Below, in pieces: positions 1 to 11,001 of a stretch of 64,000 nt of DNA. Within the stretch, counting starts at the first letter, position 1. Each line of letters begins with the position of its first letter. The translations under genes and the position numbers were made by a program. The notes beneath the pieces are model-generated. The model was given only the letters and a program-made list of their open reading frames with translations, had not been told where the DNA came from and did no database searches. Origin of the DNA: Octopus bimaculoides (Eukaryota); assembly GCF_001194135.2 (NCBI RefSeq), contig NC_068982.1:163079223-163143222 (forward strand), written 5' to 3'.

Positions 1-252
1 GACTGGCTTGTGCGGGTGGCACATAAAAGACACCATTTCGAGCGTGGCCGTTTTCGTGCAGGTGACACGTAAAAACACCCACTACACTCTCTGAGTGGTT
101 GGCGTTAGGAAGGGCATCCAGCTGTAGAAACTCTGCCAAATCAGACTGGAGCCTGGTGTTGCCATCCGGTTTCACCAGTCCTCAGTCAAATCGTCCAACC
201 CATGCTAGCATGGAAAGCGGACGTTAAACGATGATGATGATGATGATGATGA
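1..252 (+). mobile_element. 3' end of a young RTE-clade LINE with (GAT)n tail
   Basis: Shared 3' terminus (GGAAGGGCATCCAGCTGT...CCATGCTAGCATGGAAAGCGGACGTTAAACGATGATGAT) also seen downstream of RT-coding fragments elsewhere in the window. Confidence 0.85.
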
Positions 253-781
253 AATTGTGATCCCTATATTTTACATATAAAATTATTTTTTTTACTGTAA
301 AATTTTTCGTTTTCTAGGTATGAAATTGCGACAATGTAAATTTTAGAAATTGTAATTTTTTCTGTTTATGGAGAAAATGTCAAAATAAGGGCGAATATTT
401 ATTTTATGAGTGCTGTGTATTAAGTCTCTAAAATTGTGCATAATGTATATAAGGTATATAGAAAGTGTATTAAGTAATCATCGTATTTCAATTTCTTTTA
501 CTTTTCAATGAATAGCAGATGAGTGACTATTTTTTGATACAGACACAACACAGGCTACACTTTCAGTTTTTTGGGATAAAGTTTTCAGGAATAGGTTCAC
601 TATTAATTCCATAAAATAGTCATAAGCCCTTCTAGTAAACATAATTAGATTAATAGATGTAATAACAATTGCTTTAATTGGATAATTTGCATTCATTTTC
701 TGTGTAAATATAAGTGAAATATTTCGTATGTGTATTTCGTGTGTAGGATTCTTGATGTGGATACATGTGTTGAAAGAAATA

Positions 782-937
782 CAATTAAACCTTGGGAGAG
801 GCATTATGCCGGTAATAAACATACGCACTGGTTCAGTCCTTTATTAATTTATAATAAATACTGTTTATTAATTAATAAAGGACTGAACCAGTGCGTGTGT
901 TTATTACCGGTATAATGCCTCTCCCAAGGTTTAATTG
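782..937. mobile_element. Foldback MITE with TA target duplication (Tc1/mariner-pogo type)
   Basis: Arms 779-849 and 870-940 are reverse complements at 69/71 positions. Termini TA|CAATTAAACC...GGTTTAATTG|TA. Confidence 0.65.
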
Positions 938-1109
938 TATAAGTGAAATAGTTCTGCAATATAATGAAGGTTGGTGGAATTGTTGGTCTTATTTTTACAT
1001 AGTTGGATGATCTTTTTTTTTATCAATGCCTACTATTAAAATATAAACTGGGGGATATGACCTTCCAAATTACTCTATGATTTAAGCAACAAGCTCTGGT
1101 TTTGTAGTT

Positions 1110-3082
1110 GAGTATACCATATACTTAGTGTATGTGCAGGAGAAATAACTAGCCAAAGATAAACCTCTGTACCTGGCTTTCGTTGACATGGAGAAAGCCT
1201 TTGACAGGGTGGCCCCATCCCTTATCTGGTGGTCAATGTGGAAACTAGGGATAAATGAGTGGTTAGTGAGAGCTGTACAAGCCATGTACAGGGATCCTGT
1301 CAGTAAGGTGAGGGTTGGCAATGAGTACAGTAAAGAATTTTGGGTAGGAGTAGGGGTCCACCAAGGATCAGTCCTCAGACCCCTCTTATTCATTATAGTC
1401 CTCCAGGCAATAACAGAAGAATTCAAGACAGGATGCTCCTGGGAACTTCTCTCTGTTGATGACCTTGCTCTAATAGCTGAGTCACTATCAGAACTAGAGG
1501 AGAAGTTTCAGGTGTGGAAGCAAGGTCTAGAATTGAAAGGCCTTAGAGTCAATCTAGCAAAAACCAAAGTCTTAATAAGTAAGGCAGACAAACCACAAAT
1601 CCCTTCAGGTAGATGACCTTGCTCGATCTGTAAAAAAGGCATAGGTAGAAACTCCATAAGATGTACCCAGTGTAAGCTATGGACACATGAGAGGTGCAGC
1701 AATATCAAAGGAAGACTAACTGAGAAGATAGTTTTTGTGTGTGGCAAATGCTCAGGGGCAATAAACATTGAAAATGTGCAGAAAATAGCTCCTGTCACAT
1801 TCCAGGGAGAAAAACTACAAGTAGTTGATAACTTCCATTATCGAGGTGACCAAGTCAGTAGCTGGGGTGGTTGTTCTGAAAGTGTAGCTGCTGGAATAAG
1901 AATAGCCTGGGCAAAGTTCATAGAGCTCCTACCTCTGCTGGTGACAAAGGGCCTCTCGCTCAGAGTAAAAGGTAGACTGTATGACGCATGTGTACAAACA
2001 GCCATGCTACATAGCAGTGAAACATGGCCATGACTGCTGAGGACATGCATGAACTTGCAAAGAATGAGGCCAGTATGGTCCGCTGGATATGTAATGTCAG
2101 TGTGCATACATGACATTGTAAGCGCCTTGAGAGAAAAGTTGGACATAAGAAGCATCAGATGTGGTGTGCAAGAGAGATAACTGCGCTGGTATGGTCATGT
2201 GTTGTGTATGAATGAGCACAGCTGTGTGAAAAACTGTCACACCCTAGCAGTTGAGGGATCCTGTGGAAGAGGCAGATCCAGGAAGACATGGGATGAGGTG
2301 TTGAAGCACGACCTTTGAACGTTGGGCCTCACCGCAGCGATGATAAGCGACCAATACCTTTGGAGATATGCTGTGCTTGAGAAGATCCAGCAAGCCAAGT
2401 AAGACCGTAACCGTGGCCTATGCCAGTGCAGCATAACCAGCCCATTTAAGAGTACCCTTCAATCGTTGGGCAATAAACTGCGCTTGTGAAAACCTGTTGA
2501 GGCAAGTGAAGTTGTTGTCGTGGCTGATGACAGTACCGCCTGATTGGCTCCTGTGCTGGTGGCATGTAAAAAGCACCATTCGAGCGTGGTCAATACCAGT
2601 GCCGTCTGACTAGTCCCATGCCGGTGGCACGTAAAAAGCACCACTTGAGTGTGATCATTGCCAGTGCCACTTGGCCAGCTCCCATGCCGGTGGCACGTAA
2701 AAAGCACCATTCAAATGTGGATGATGCCAGGTCTGGCTGACCAGTCCTGTGCTGGTGGCATGCAAAAAACACCATTTGAGCATGGTTGTTGCCAGTGCCG
2801 CCTGACTGGCTCCTGTGCCGGTGGCATGTAAAAAGCACCATCCAAGCGTGACCGATGCCAGTACTGCCTAACAGGCCCTCATGCCACTGGCACGTAAAAA
2901 GAACCCACTACACTCTCAGTTGGTGTTAGGAAGGGTATCCAGCTGTAGAAACATTGCCAGCTCAGATTGGAGCCTGGTGCAGCCTTCTGGCTTGCAGCCT
3001 TCTGGCTCTCCAGACCTCAGTCAAACCATCCAACTCATGCCAGCATGGAAAGTAGATGTTAAACGACGCCGGTGATGATGAT
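1110..3082 (+). mobile_element. 5'-truncated RTE LINE: RT domain, PHD-like finger, C-terminus, repeat-bearing 3' UTR, (GAT)n tail; inactivated by stops and frameshifts
   Basis: DMEKAFDRV, GVHQGSVLRPLLF, LLSVDDL (degenerate YADD), RLRWYGHV and GRGRSRKTW motifs. Confidence 0.92.
2529..2905 (+). repeat. Six tandem 65-66 bp units in the RTE 3' UTR
   Basis: GGCA(C/T)GTAAAAAGCACC-like core recurs at about 2561, 2626, 2692, 2757, 2823 and 2889. Confidence 0.9.
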
Positions 3083-3395
3083 GATATATATACACACAAA
3101 CACACACAATACATTACACTACATTACATTCGGTTCTCATTGTGCCTTGTGAAACTTCAGGTGACAGCAAGATCATTCCACCTTCTAACACCGAAAGCAT
3201 CCTTGACAGCTTGTTTCATTGTTAACCCTCTGCTTTTAAGCTCTTTTGTTATTGTTCTCCACCATGTTTCTTTTGGTCAGCCACGTCTTCTTTTACATAT
3301 AGTTTTTTTTTTGAAGTCTGTGTTGCCTTGTCTATATGTTAAAAGACACAGAAACACACACACACAGAAACAAAAATAACTATATGTATCATATA

Positions 3396-4253
3396 TTGGG
3401 TCATCCCATAAATAATGCAGTTCTTTTACACTTCTTTTATTTTTCAAAATTAAGATAAACAAAGTTCTTTCTTAACCTACAATGCTCTTCCATCTTTTGG
3501 TAGACTTGCAAGGCCCATCTTCAAAATTCACTCATCTATGACAAAAAAATACTCCTTCAGTACTGTTCTGACCTCATCTACAGAATTCATATTTTTTCCA
3601 TCCAAATGATTTCTCATCACCAGTCACTGTTTGGTCCAAAAAAAGGTTCATTTGTGAGACATGACAGCAAAGAAGACCACACATTCACTCTCTGCATGTG
3701 ATTACTCGGAAAGTTGGTGAGGAACTCATTGACCCAATTTGCTGACTTTTCCAATGGCATGCAGGCATCGGTGAACAGTTGAATGACCAAATCTAAGCTT
3801 CTCTGCTAGTTCTTCAACAGTTACGATGGAATTTTGTTCCACCAGGGTTTGTAGGACATCCTGGTCGAGCTCTACAGATCTTCCAGGATGAGGCTTGTCT
3901 TCTGGGCTGTAGTTACCAGCTTGGAATTTCTGAAACCACCATTGACACTGGCTTATGCTTATTGGCTGATCCCCATATACTGCATTAATATTCCTCGCTT
4001 CCATTGCTTTGTTGCCGTTATTGAACTCATAAAGCAAAATATGCTGAATATGCTCCTTTGTCACTTCCATTATAGCTTTGAAAAAATAATTGTTAAAATC
4101 GAACAGTACTCTTCAAAATTTGCACTAAGAATAAGCACAAGGTAAAATTACTACCTGCTTTTATAGCACGTTGATGCAGGTAGTTTATCCTGTCCCCCTC
4201 CAACTTTTAGTTCATGCAATTGAAAAAACTGCATTATTTATGGGATGATCCAA
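3396..4253 (-). mobile_element. Internally deleted mariner (858 bp) with both TIRs
   Basis: TIR TTGG(G/A)TCATCCCATAAATAATGCAGTT at both ends with TA flanks. ORF 4070-3726 encodes mariner HTH domains (LLYEF, WFQKFQAGN, HPGRS). Sequence between VTGDEK and the C-terminus is missing. Confidence 0.9.
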
Positions 4254-4559
4254 TATATACATATAGTCGTTTTTTGAAGTTTGTGTTTGTTGTATTGATT
4301 TGCACTTAAAATTCCCACATTTTAAACCAAAATACCTGTCTTTCTTTCTTTCAAACACACACACACTCTCTCCCCCCCCCCACTGTGTTTTTTCCCTCAA
4401 CAACAACCTTTTCTTCTTTTATTTAAAGTCTGTACAGTGATTTCTATATGTTGAAAGACACAGAAACCCACAACCAAAAAACAAATGATTACATAGCTTT
4501 CAAAACTTAGTCACAATAGTGACAACAGTCTGCCAACCTAGGGACATACAACACGCATT

Positions 4560-5350
4560 GTTATCTGGGTGACCAAGTCAGCAGTGGAGGAGGATGTTCT
4601 GAGAGCATGGCTGATAGAATAAGAATAGGCTAGGCTAATTTCAGAGAACTTCTACCTTTGTTGGTAACAAAGAGCCTCCCCCTCAGAGTGGAAGGCAGAT
4701 TGTGTGTGCAAACAGCCATGCTACACAGCACTCAAACATGGACTGTGGCTGCAGAGAACATGAGACAGCTTGAAAAAAAAGAAGCTAGCATGCTTTGCTA
4801 AATGTGCAATGTCAGTGTGCATATACAACAGAGTTTAAGCATCTTGAGAGAAAAACTGAGCATGAGTCATCAGATGTGGTGTGCAAGAGAGACGACTGTG
4901 CTGGTATGGTCATGTGATGTGTATGGACAGCAGTGTAAAGAAGTGCCAGTCTGTACCTGTGGAGAGAACCAGTGGAAGATGTAAATCCAGGAAGACATGG
5001 GATGAGGAAGTGGAACATGATCTTCGGATGTTGAGTCACACAGAGGTGATTTCAAGTGATTGAGACCTTTGGCAATTTGCTGTGCTTGAGAAGACATGTT
5101 CAGCCACATGAAATCATAGTCTTCGATACTGCTGGTGACACGTAAAAGGCACCCACTACACTCTTGGAATGGTTGGCATTAAGAAGGGTATCTAACCATA
5201 GAAACCAAGCCAAATCAGACTGGAGCCTTGTACAGCTTACCAGGCCCAGTTAAACAGTCTAACCCTTACTAGCATGGAAAACAGCTGCTAAATGATATAT
5301 GGTCCAATCTATCTCAGCTTGGAACTTGGATGTTAAATGACAATGATGAT
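4560..5350 (+). mobile_element. Degenerate RTE LINE 3' fragment
   Basis: QERRLCWYGHV and SGRCKSRKTWDE motifs, followed by the RTE 3' tail. Confidence 0.85.
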
Positions 5351-6035
5351 ATATGTGTGTGCATTTACATGTGTTCCTCTTAATGTGCAATAACTTAGTG
5401 GTTCAAGAACTGATATTGATAAAATTTAGTGAGTTAAATACTGGAGTTAATATGATTAACTGAAACCTTTGAAGGCAGTACCCCATTTGTTGCTCTCATG
5501 TGACTAATGTAGTTAAACAAATTCTTTTTTCCTTCTTTCAATTTCAGGAGTATTTTTGCAGTAAAAACATACAGGTGTCTTTAAAGTGAGTCATCTCATC
5601 AGATAAGATATTCATTGGTGGGTAGAATATTTAATATCAAGTCAGGTATCTACAACAGAATAATGTTTGAAAACTGGGGAAAAGGGTAAAGAATGAAGGG
5701 TAGTTTTGTAGATCACAAGTTTATTGTTTGTATTCTGTTGTCATAGCTGCATGCTAATCCTGATAAATATTACTAATTCATTCTTTTCAACTAACCATGC
5801 TTAACACACTTAAATCAAAATAATGAACACCTCAGATTATAAAGCATCATTTAAATATCAGATATTTTGTTACATATCTCTACTTGAAACACACCTGCTA
5901 GGGTAAAAAAAAAACAAAACAAAAAAAAACATTTTTTCAATAAAATAAAAACAAAAGCTTAAGAGCTTAGAGCAATATTTATGAGAGCAGCAGCTGCAAC
6001 AACAACAATCCTTTCTATTATAGGCACAAAGCCTG

Positions 6036-6216
6036 GGGGAGGGGACTAGTCAATTACATCAACTCCAGAATTTCACTGGTACTTAATTTATTGACCCCAA
6101 AAGGATGAAAGGCAATGTTGACTTCAGTGGAATTTGAACTCAGAACATAACAACAGGCGAAATACTGCAAAGCATCTCATCCAGTGTGCTAACAATTCTG
6201 TCAGCTCACCGCCTTG
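6036..6216 (-). mobile_element. tRNA-derived SINE (family B)
   Basis: Reverse complement matches the copy at 21721-21935. Confidence 0.75.
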
Positions 6217-6701
6217 AATAATAATATTATCATCAATAATAATAATACGGTGAAAAACCAACAAAATATACAAGAGAAATGTTAATCAAACTAAATTACA
6301 ACTGAAATTTCTTACATAAAGTATGTTCTCCCAGCTAAGAACTCAGCTCTTTACTGGCAAATTAAAATATTGTTTTGGTTTGTTTTCTCAATGGCTTTGT
6401 TAGGAGGAAGGAGCTGTTTCATGGGCCTTCTGAAACTGGCTAGATTGATGCAGTTTACGTTCTGCTTGAATGTCTGTTAGGATTTCTTGAGAATCAACAT
6501 TCTAAGGAGGAAGAATAGCACATAGCCAATGGCCAGTGAAACAAAGGAAGACGAGAGCTAGATGCATTAGGTGAGTTTAGATATCATGCAGCTAGCCAGT
6601 TCTGAGAAAGGATGGCTGTTGTAGAAACAATTGAAAAAACAGGAGGCAGCACTGATATTGTTGCTGTTTAGTATTAGGCTAACTCTGACTGAGCAGATCT
6701 A

Positions 6702-7971
6702 TTAGGTTGTTAAGAAAGTTCTTGCGGAATTTTTAATTTTGATATTAAATGATGTATTTTTAAATTAATTTTCATTAAATTACTTTGACTTTATATATCA
6801 TTTTAAAGGTCATTTTTCGCTCTATCTAATCATGTTACTCTTTTTCTTTTTGAATAATTAGGCCATTTTTTCCAGAATGTTGAATACAACATGGACAAAA
6901 AGCAAATTCACACAATTTTCTTATTCCAGTTCAAGCTAGGCCGAAAAGCTGCTGAAACAGCTCGCGATATCAACGATGTGTTTGGCCTAGGAACCACTAA
7001 TGAACGTACAACACAATGGTGGTTTAAGAAATTTCATAGCAGTGACGAAAGTCTTGAAGATGATAAGCGTAGTGGTCAGCCATCGGATGTTGACAACGAT
7101 CAACTAAGAGCCTTAGTCGAAGCCAATCCACGCACAACTGTTCAAGAGCTTGCTTCTGAATTAGACATAACATATGACAATTTCGAACCACTTGAAAGAG
7201 ATTGGAAAAACAAAAATACTTGAGAAATGGGTGCTGCATGAATTGAACGACAATAAAAAAAACGCTGTTTTGAAATTTCGTCTTCCCTTCTTTTACGCAA
7301 CAAACGACCTGTTTCTTGACTGGATTGTGACTTGCAATGAAAAGTGGATTCTTTACAACAACCAGTGATGCTCAGCTCAGTGGTTGGATGATGACAGGGC
7401 TCCACAGCACTTCTCAAAGCCAAAGTTGCACCAAAAGGTCATGGTGACTGATTGGTGGTATGTGGCCAATCTCATCCATCACAGCTTTTTGGATCCAGGC
7501 GAAACCATTATGGCAGAGAAGTACTGTCAGCAAATGGCTGAAATGCATGAGAAACTCCAACAACAACATCCAGCATTGATCAATAGAAAAGGACCAATTC
7601 TCCATGACAACTGACCCTGTCGCACAACTGACCCTGCAGAAGTTGAACGACTTGGGCTACGAAACTCTGCCTCATCTGCCATACTCACCAGACCTCTTGC
7701 CTACCGACTACCACTTTTCTAAGCATCTCGACAACTTCCTGCGTGAGAAATGTTTCAAAAACCAAGACGATGTCAAATACACCTTCAATGACTTCATTGC
7801 CACCAGAACCCAGGATTTTTACTCTACTGGCATAAATAAACTTGTTTTGCGTTGGCAAAAGTGTGTTGATTCTGATGGTGTATATTTCAATTAATAAAGT
7901 CTTGTTTGAGTCGAGATATGTGCATCTGAATTTAAAGGTTAAAAACCGCAAGAACTTTCTTGACAACCTAA
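6702..7971 (+). mobile_element. Full-length (1270 bp) mariner, Hsmar1/SETMAR-like transposase, inactivated
   Basis: TIRs TTAGGTTGT(T/C)AAGAAAGTTCTTGCGG with TA duplications at 6700 and 7972. Transposase spans 6891-7894 in several frames, with WIVTCNEKW (first catalytic D changed to N), ILHDN and YSPDLLPTDY. Confidence 0.95.
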
Positions 7972-9122
7972 TATGATTAAGACCTACTGGCTGTGACCAT
8001 CCTGCCTTTTCTCCTTACAAAATATATCTTGGACTGCATTATCCAATGTGTTTCTTTTTCAAGTTAGTATCATTATTTATTGGTTGTAATCTCTTGCAGG
8101 TTAACCAAATGTATTAAAGCATATTTCTTGATATTTTTCATGTTTTTATTGTTATGACTTTGTATTAAATACATTTATTTTCATTTATTGATCTAAAGAC
8201 ATGATATAAACAGTTCTGGTTTGATTAAAGTATTCCAATGACTAAATTCAGTGGAACATGAGATAATCAGTCAAGAAATTGTAATTGGAATACTAACCAG
8301 ATTTAAAACCCAAACATGTGCCTCCTTGATTGGAGTTCTTGGCATACCTAGTAGAATTCCAATGAAAAATACAGGTGTATGCTTCTGCCTTTTTTTCCTA
8401 TCTTAGCAACAGAAGAGTGCTTTGTTGGTCTAATTTCAACCAATCATTTATTTGAGTCAACCTAAACTTCCTATTTTATAATTATAAAAATAATGCAGAG
8501 ACGGGACTACTTCACTTTACTCTCATTTCAGCTTTTACGGTAAACAGGACTACATTATTCAGTGTTCTTCAATTTCTAAAGCTGTTGGGTGTCATTTTGA
8601 GATGACTTCAATGAAAATTTAACAAATGGTTTGTTGACTTTCAATAATGAGTTTAATTCCTCTCATAAAAGAAAAACTTAGCACTGACAGACTGACATCC
8701 TAACCAGGAACACGTTTGTCTACCTGTGTACTGCCACAGAAACTGGTGAACATCTGTAAAGAAAAGACATGGGTGGGGAAGGAATTCAAGAAAGTTAATG
8801 TTCTGGGGTAGAAGTATTGGATGAGTGGTTTGTATTGACTCTGGTAAGTGTTGAGACACAAGCTGAGTGGCAAGTGTATAAGTGAATTGCATGTTGAGTG
8901 AGATTAGGAGAAAGTAATATGTACAAAATCAGTGGTTCAATGTCCCTTCCATTGAAAGTAACTCCCATCTCCCTATGCTTTGAAAAGAAAATTTTTTAAT
9001 CAAACAGAAGCTAATTTTGTGCAGTAATTTATTATTTGTATCTTATGCTGTCCCAGCCAGTATGTGCTTCTTTTAAGGTATTTGTACTAGTTCCTTGTTA
9101 AGTTTTTATGGAAATTAAGCTT

Positions 9123-9339
9123 TTAACTTTCAGATTACTGTCAAATGTAATCCTTATTTAGTCACATTGTTTTAAATTAATCATTCATTATCTTGTAGCT
9201 TTGAGATTTTGATGATGTGATTGTTTATTTTTAGAATGACATTGTAGGTTAGTGTGAGAAGCCAGACCAGGCCAGTATGAACATGAAACAAGAAGAATAT
9301 TTGGGCTGAATATAGCTGGTTTAAATGCTAGATGGTTAA
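9123..9339 (+). mobile_element. TTAA-flanked MITE (piggyBac-type ends), degenerate copy
   Basis: Homologous to the copies at 9481-9708 and 37332-37558. Confidence 0.65.
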
Positions 9340-9480
9340 AAAAAGATGAGGATCTGGATTATGGTATATCATCAGTAGTGTTTTCTACTCACTGATAACA
9401 GAATATCCTACTTATATCTTAATCTCAATAAAGATTTTTTTTTTTGAAAATGTATTTAAAATATAAGTATTCTACCTGGT

Positions 9481-9708
9481 TTAACCCTTTAGCATGCAGA
9501 TTACTCTGTCAAATGTAATGTTTGTTTATTCATATTGTTTTGAATTTATGATACATTATCTTGTAGCTTCAAGATTTCAATGACGTGATTGTTCATTTTT
9601 AGAATGACATTGTAGGGTAGGTGTGAGAGGCCAGATCTAGCCAGTTTGAACGAAAAACAGGTAAAATATTTGGGCCAGATATGACCAGTTTTAATGTGAA
9701 AGAGTTAA
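9481..9708 (+). mobile_element. TTAA-flanked MITE (piggyBac-type ends)
   Basis: Begins TTAACCCTTTAGCAT and ends with a degenerate inverted copy plus TTAA. Confidence 0.7.
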
Positions 9709-10154
9709 ATATTTTACTTCTAATAAAAATCACAACGCTCCTAAATACCCAGTGTCCCATAGTCAGCTTACAATGTCCCCAAACTGGTACTACTTCCCAG
9801 ATTAACAACAACTGTACTCAACAGTTCAGAAAAGCAGAGGCTGTTGTAGTAACCATACTTACAAATTTTTTCTTTCAGACTGAAACAATTTGAAACCATT
9901 GTTTTAAAAGGCCATTGTTGATTGTGTGCAAAGTTACAGTTGGCTTGTTTTAATTGGTGGTATTGGTAGAGAAAATAGATTAAAATGTTGTATTTTGTTT
10001 TGTTCCTTTATGTTCTGAGTTCAAATTCAATTGTTTTTTTTTTGTTAATTTTATGGCTTAATCAAAGAAGAAAAAGGAGGGGGCTAATGGTAAAGCAAAT
10101 TATACACAGATAAAAAAAAGATAATACATATATATATAGATGATTCTTAAAGTT

Positions 10155-10160
10155 TTTATT
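10155..10160 (-). terminator. Candidate SUFU polyadenylation signal (AATAAA)
   Basis: AATAAA on the minus strand about 770 nt past the stop, in AT-rich sequence. Other such hexamers lie further downstream, so the site is not established. Confidence 0.25.
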
Positions 10161-10520
10161 TATCTACAACACATAGCTATACAAGATATTATTTCACTTT
10201 CAATTTAATGTTTCCGATGACATATTTATATAGATATGTATATATATGTGTCTGTTTGTGTTTATAATTTTTAATATATTATGTATAATTATGTATCACT
10301 TGTGCTCTGAAGCAATCTCAACATTGGCACTCAACTGACACAGGCGCAGAAGAGAGTAGAGAAATAAAGTGTAACCATGTCAATTTGATTACAATGGCAG
10401 TCAATCTTTGAGCATGGGTAACAATGGACGGAAATTATGCAATAATAACATATAATGTGTATGCATCTGTATTTGTATGTCATGAATATGTTTGTGTATC
10501 TGTGTGTGTGTATGTATGTA

Positions 10521-10564
<44 letters not shown>

Positions 10565-10694
10565 CATATATTAATCTGAAAGCATTATCAGAGAATACAA
10601 ACATAGTGAAACATATACATGTTGTTTTGGAGTAATATGATTTTTAAGAAATTTTTTAAAATTGGAAAAAAATCAATATATTGTAAGATATATA

Positions 10695-10731
<37 letters not shown>

Positions 10732-10929
10732 ATATAATGTCAGATGCTAGCAAGGCACCATCTCAATGTTGAGTCCATCTCATCAGTACAGTTGGAAAAA
10801 AGAGTGGAGTAGAAAAAATAAAGGAGTGGGGTCTATTTTGCTGGTTATTTAAATGAAAAACTTCCAATGTTTGTTGGTCAACAGAGCTGAAATTTTGGTA
10901 GTCTTATTTTTTGCCTCAGTTGTCTGCGG

Positions 10930-11001
10930 TTACATATCATCTGGGAATATTGTGATGAGTAATTTCCGTCTTGGCCATTCGTAGGTCTTTGGCCATTCCA
11001 T
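10930..11001 (-). CDS. SUFU: SUFU exon 12, last coding exon (MEWPKTYEWPRRKLLITIFPDDM*)
   Basis: Acceptor aaatttag, stop TAA at 10932-10930. Aligns to human FKLPKEYSWPEKKLKVSILPD. Confidence 0.92.
   Translation of the reverse strand: MEWPKTYEWPRRKLLITIFPDDM

Noticed and set aside
2529-2905. CRISPR-like array of regularly spaced palindromic repeats (also 56040-56270 and 58200-58515)
   Set aside because: Whole units are homologous with no unique spacers, there are no cas genes, and the arrays lie within LINE 3' UTRs of a eukaryote.
6891-7894. SETMAR/Metnase host gene
   Set aside because: No SET domain exons are present. It is bounded by TIRs and TA duplications, and the frame is broken.
8653-8892. 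Exon-like segment ending in GTAAGT near 8844
   Set aside because: All three plus-strand frames contain stops, and the minus-strand ORF has no recognisable homology. Mentioned only as a possible noncoding exon.
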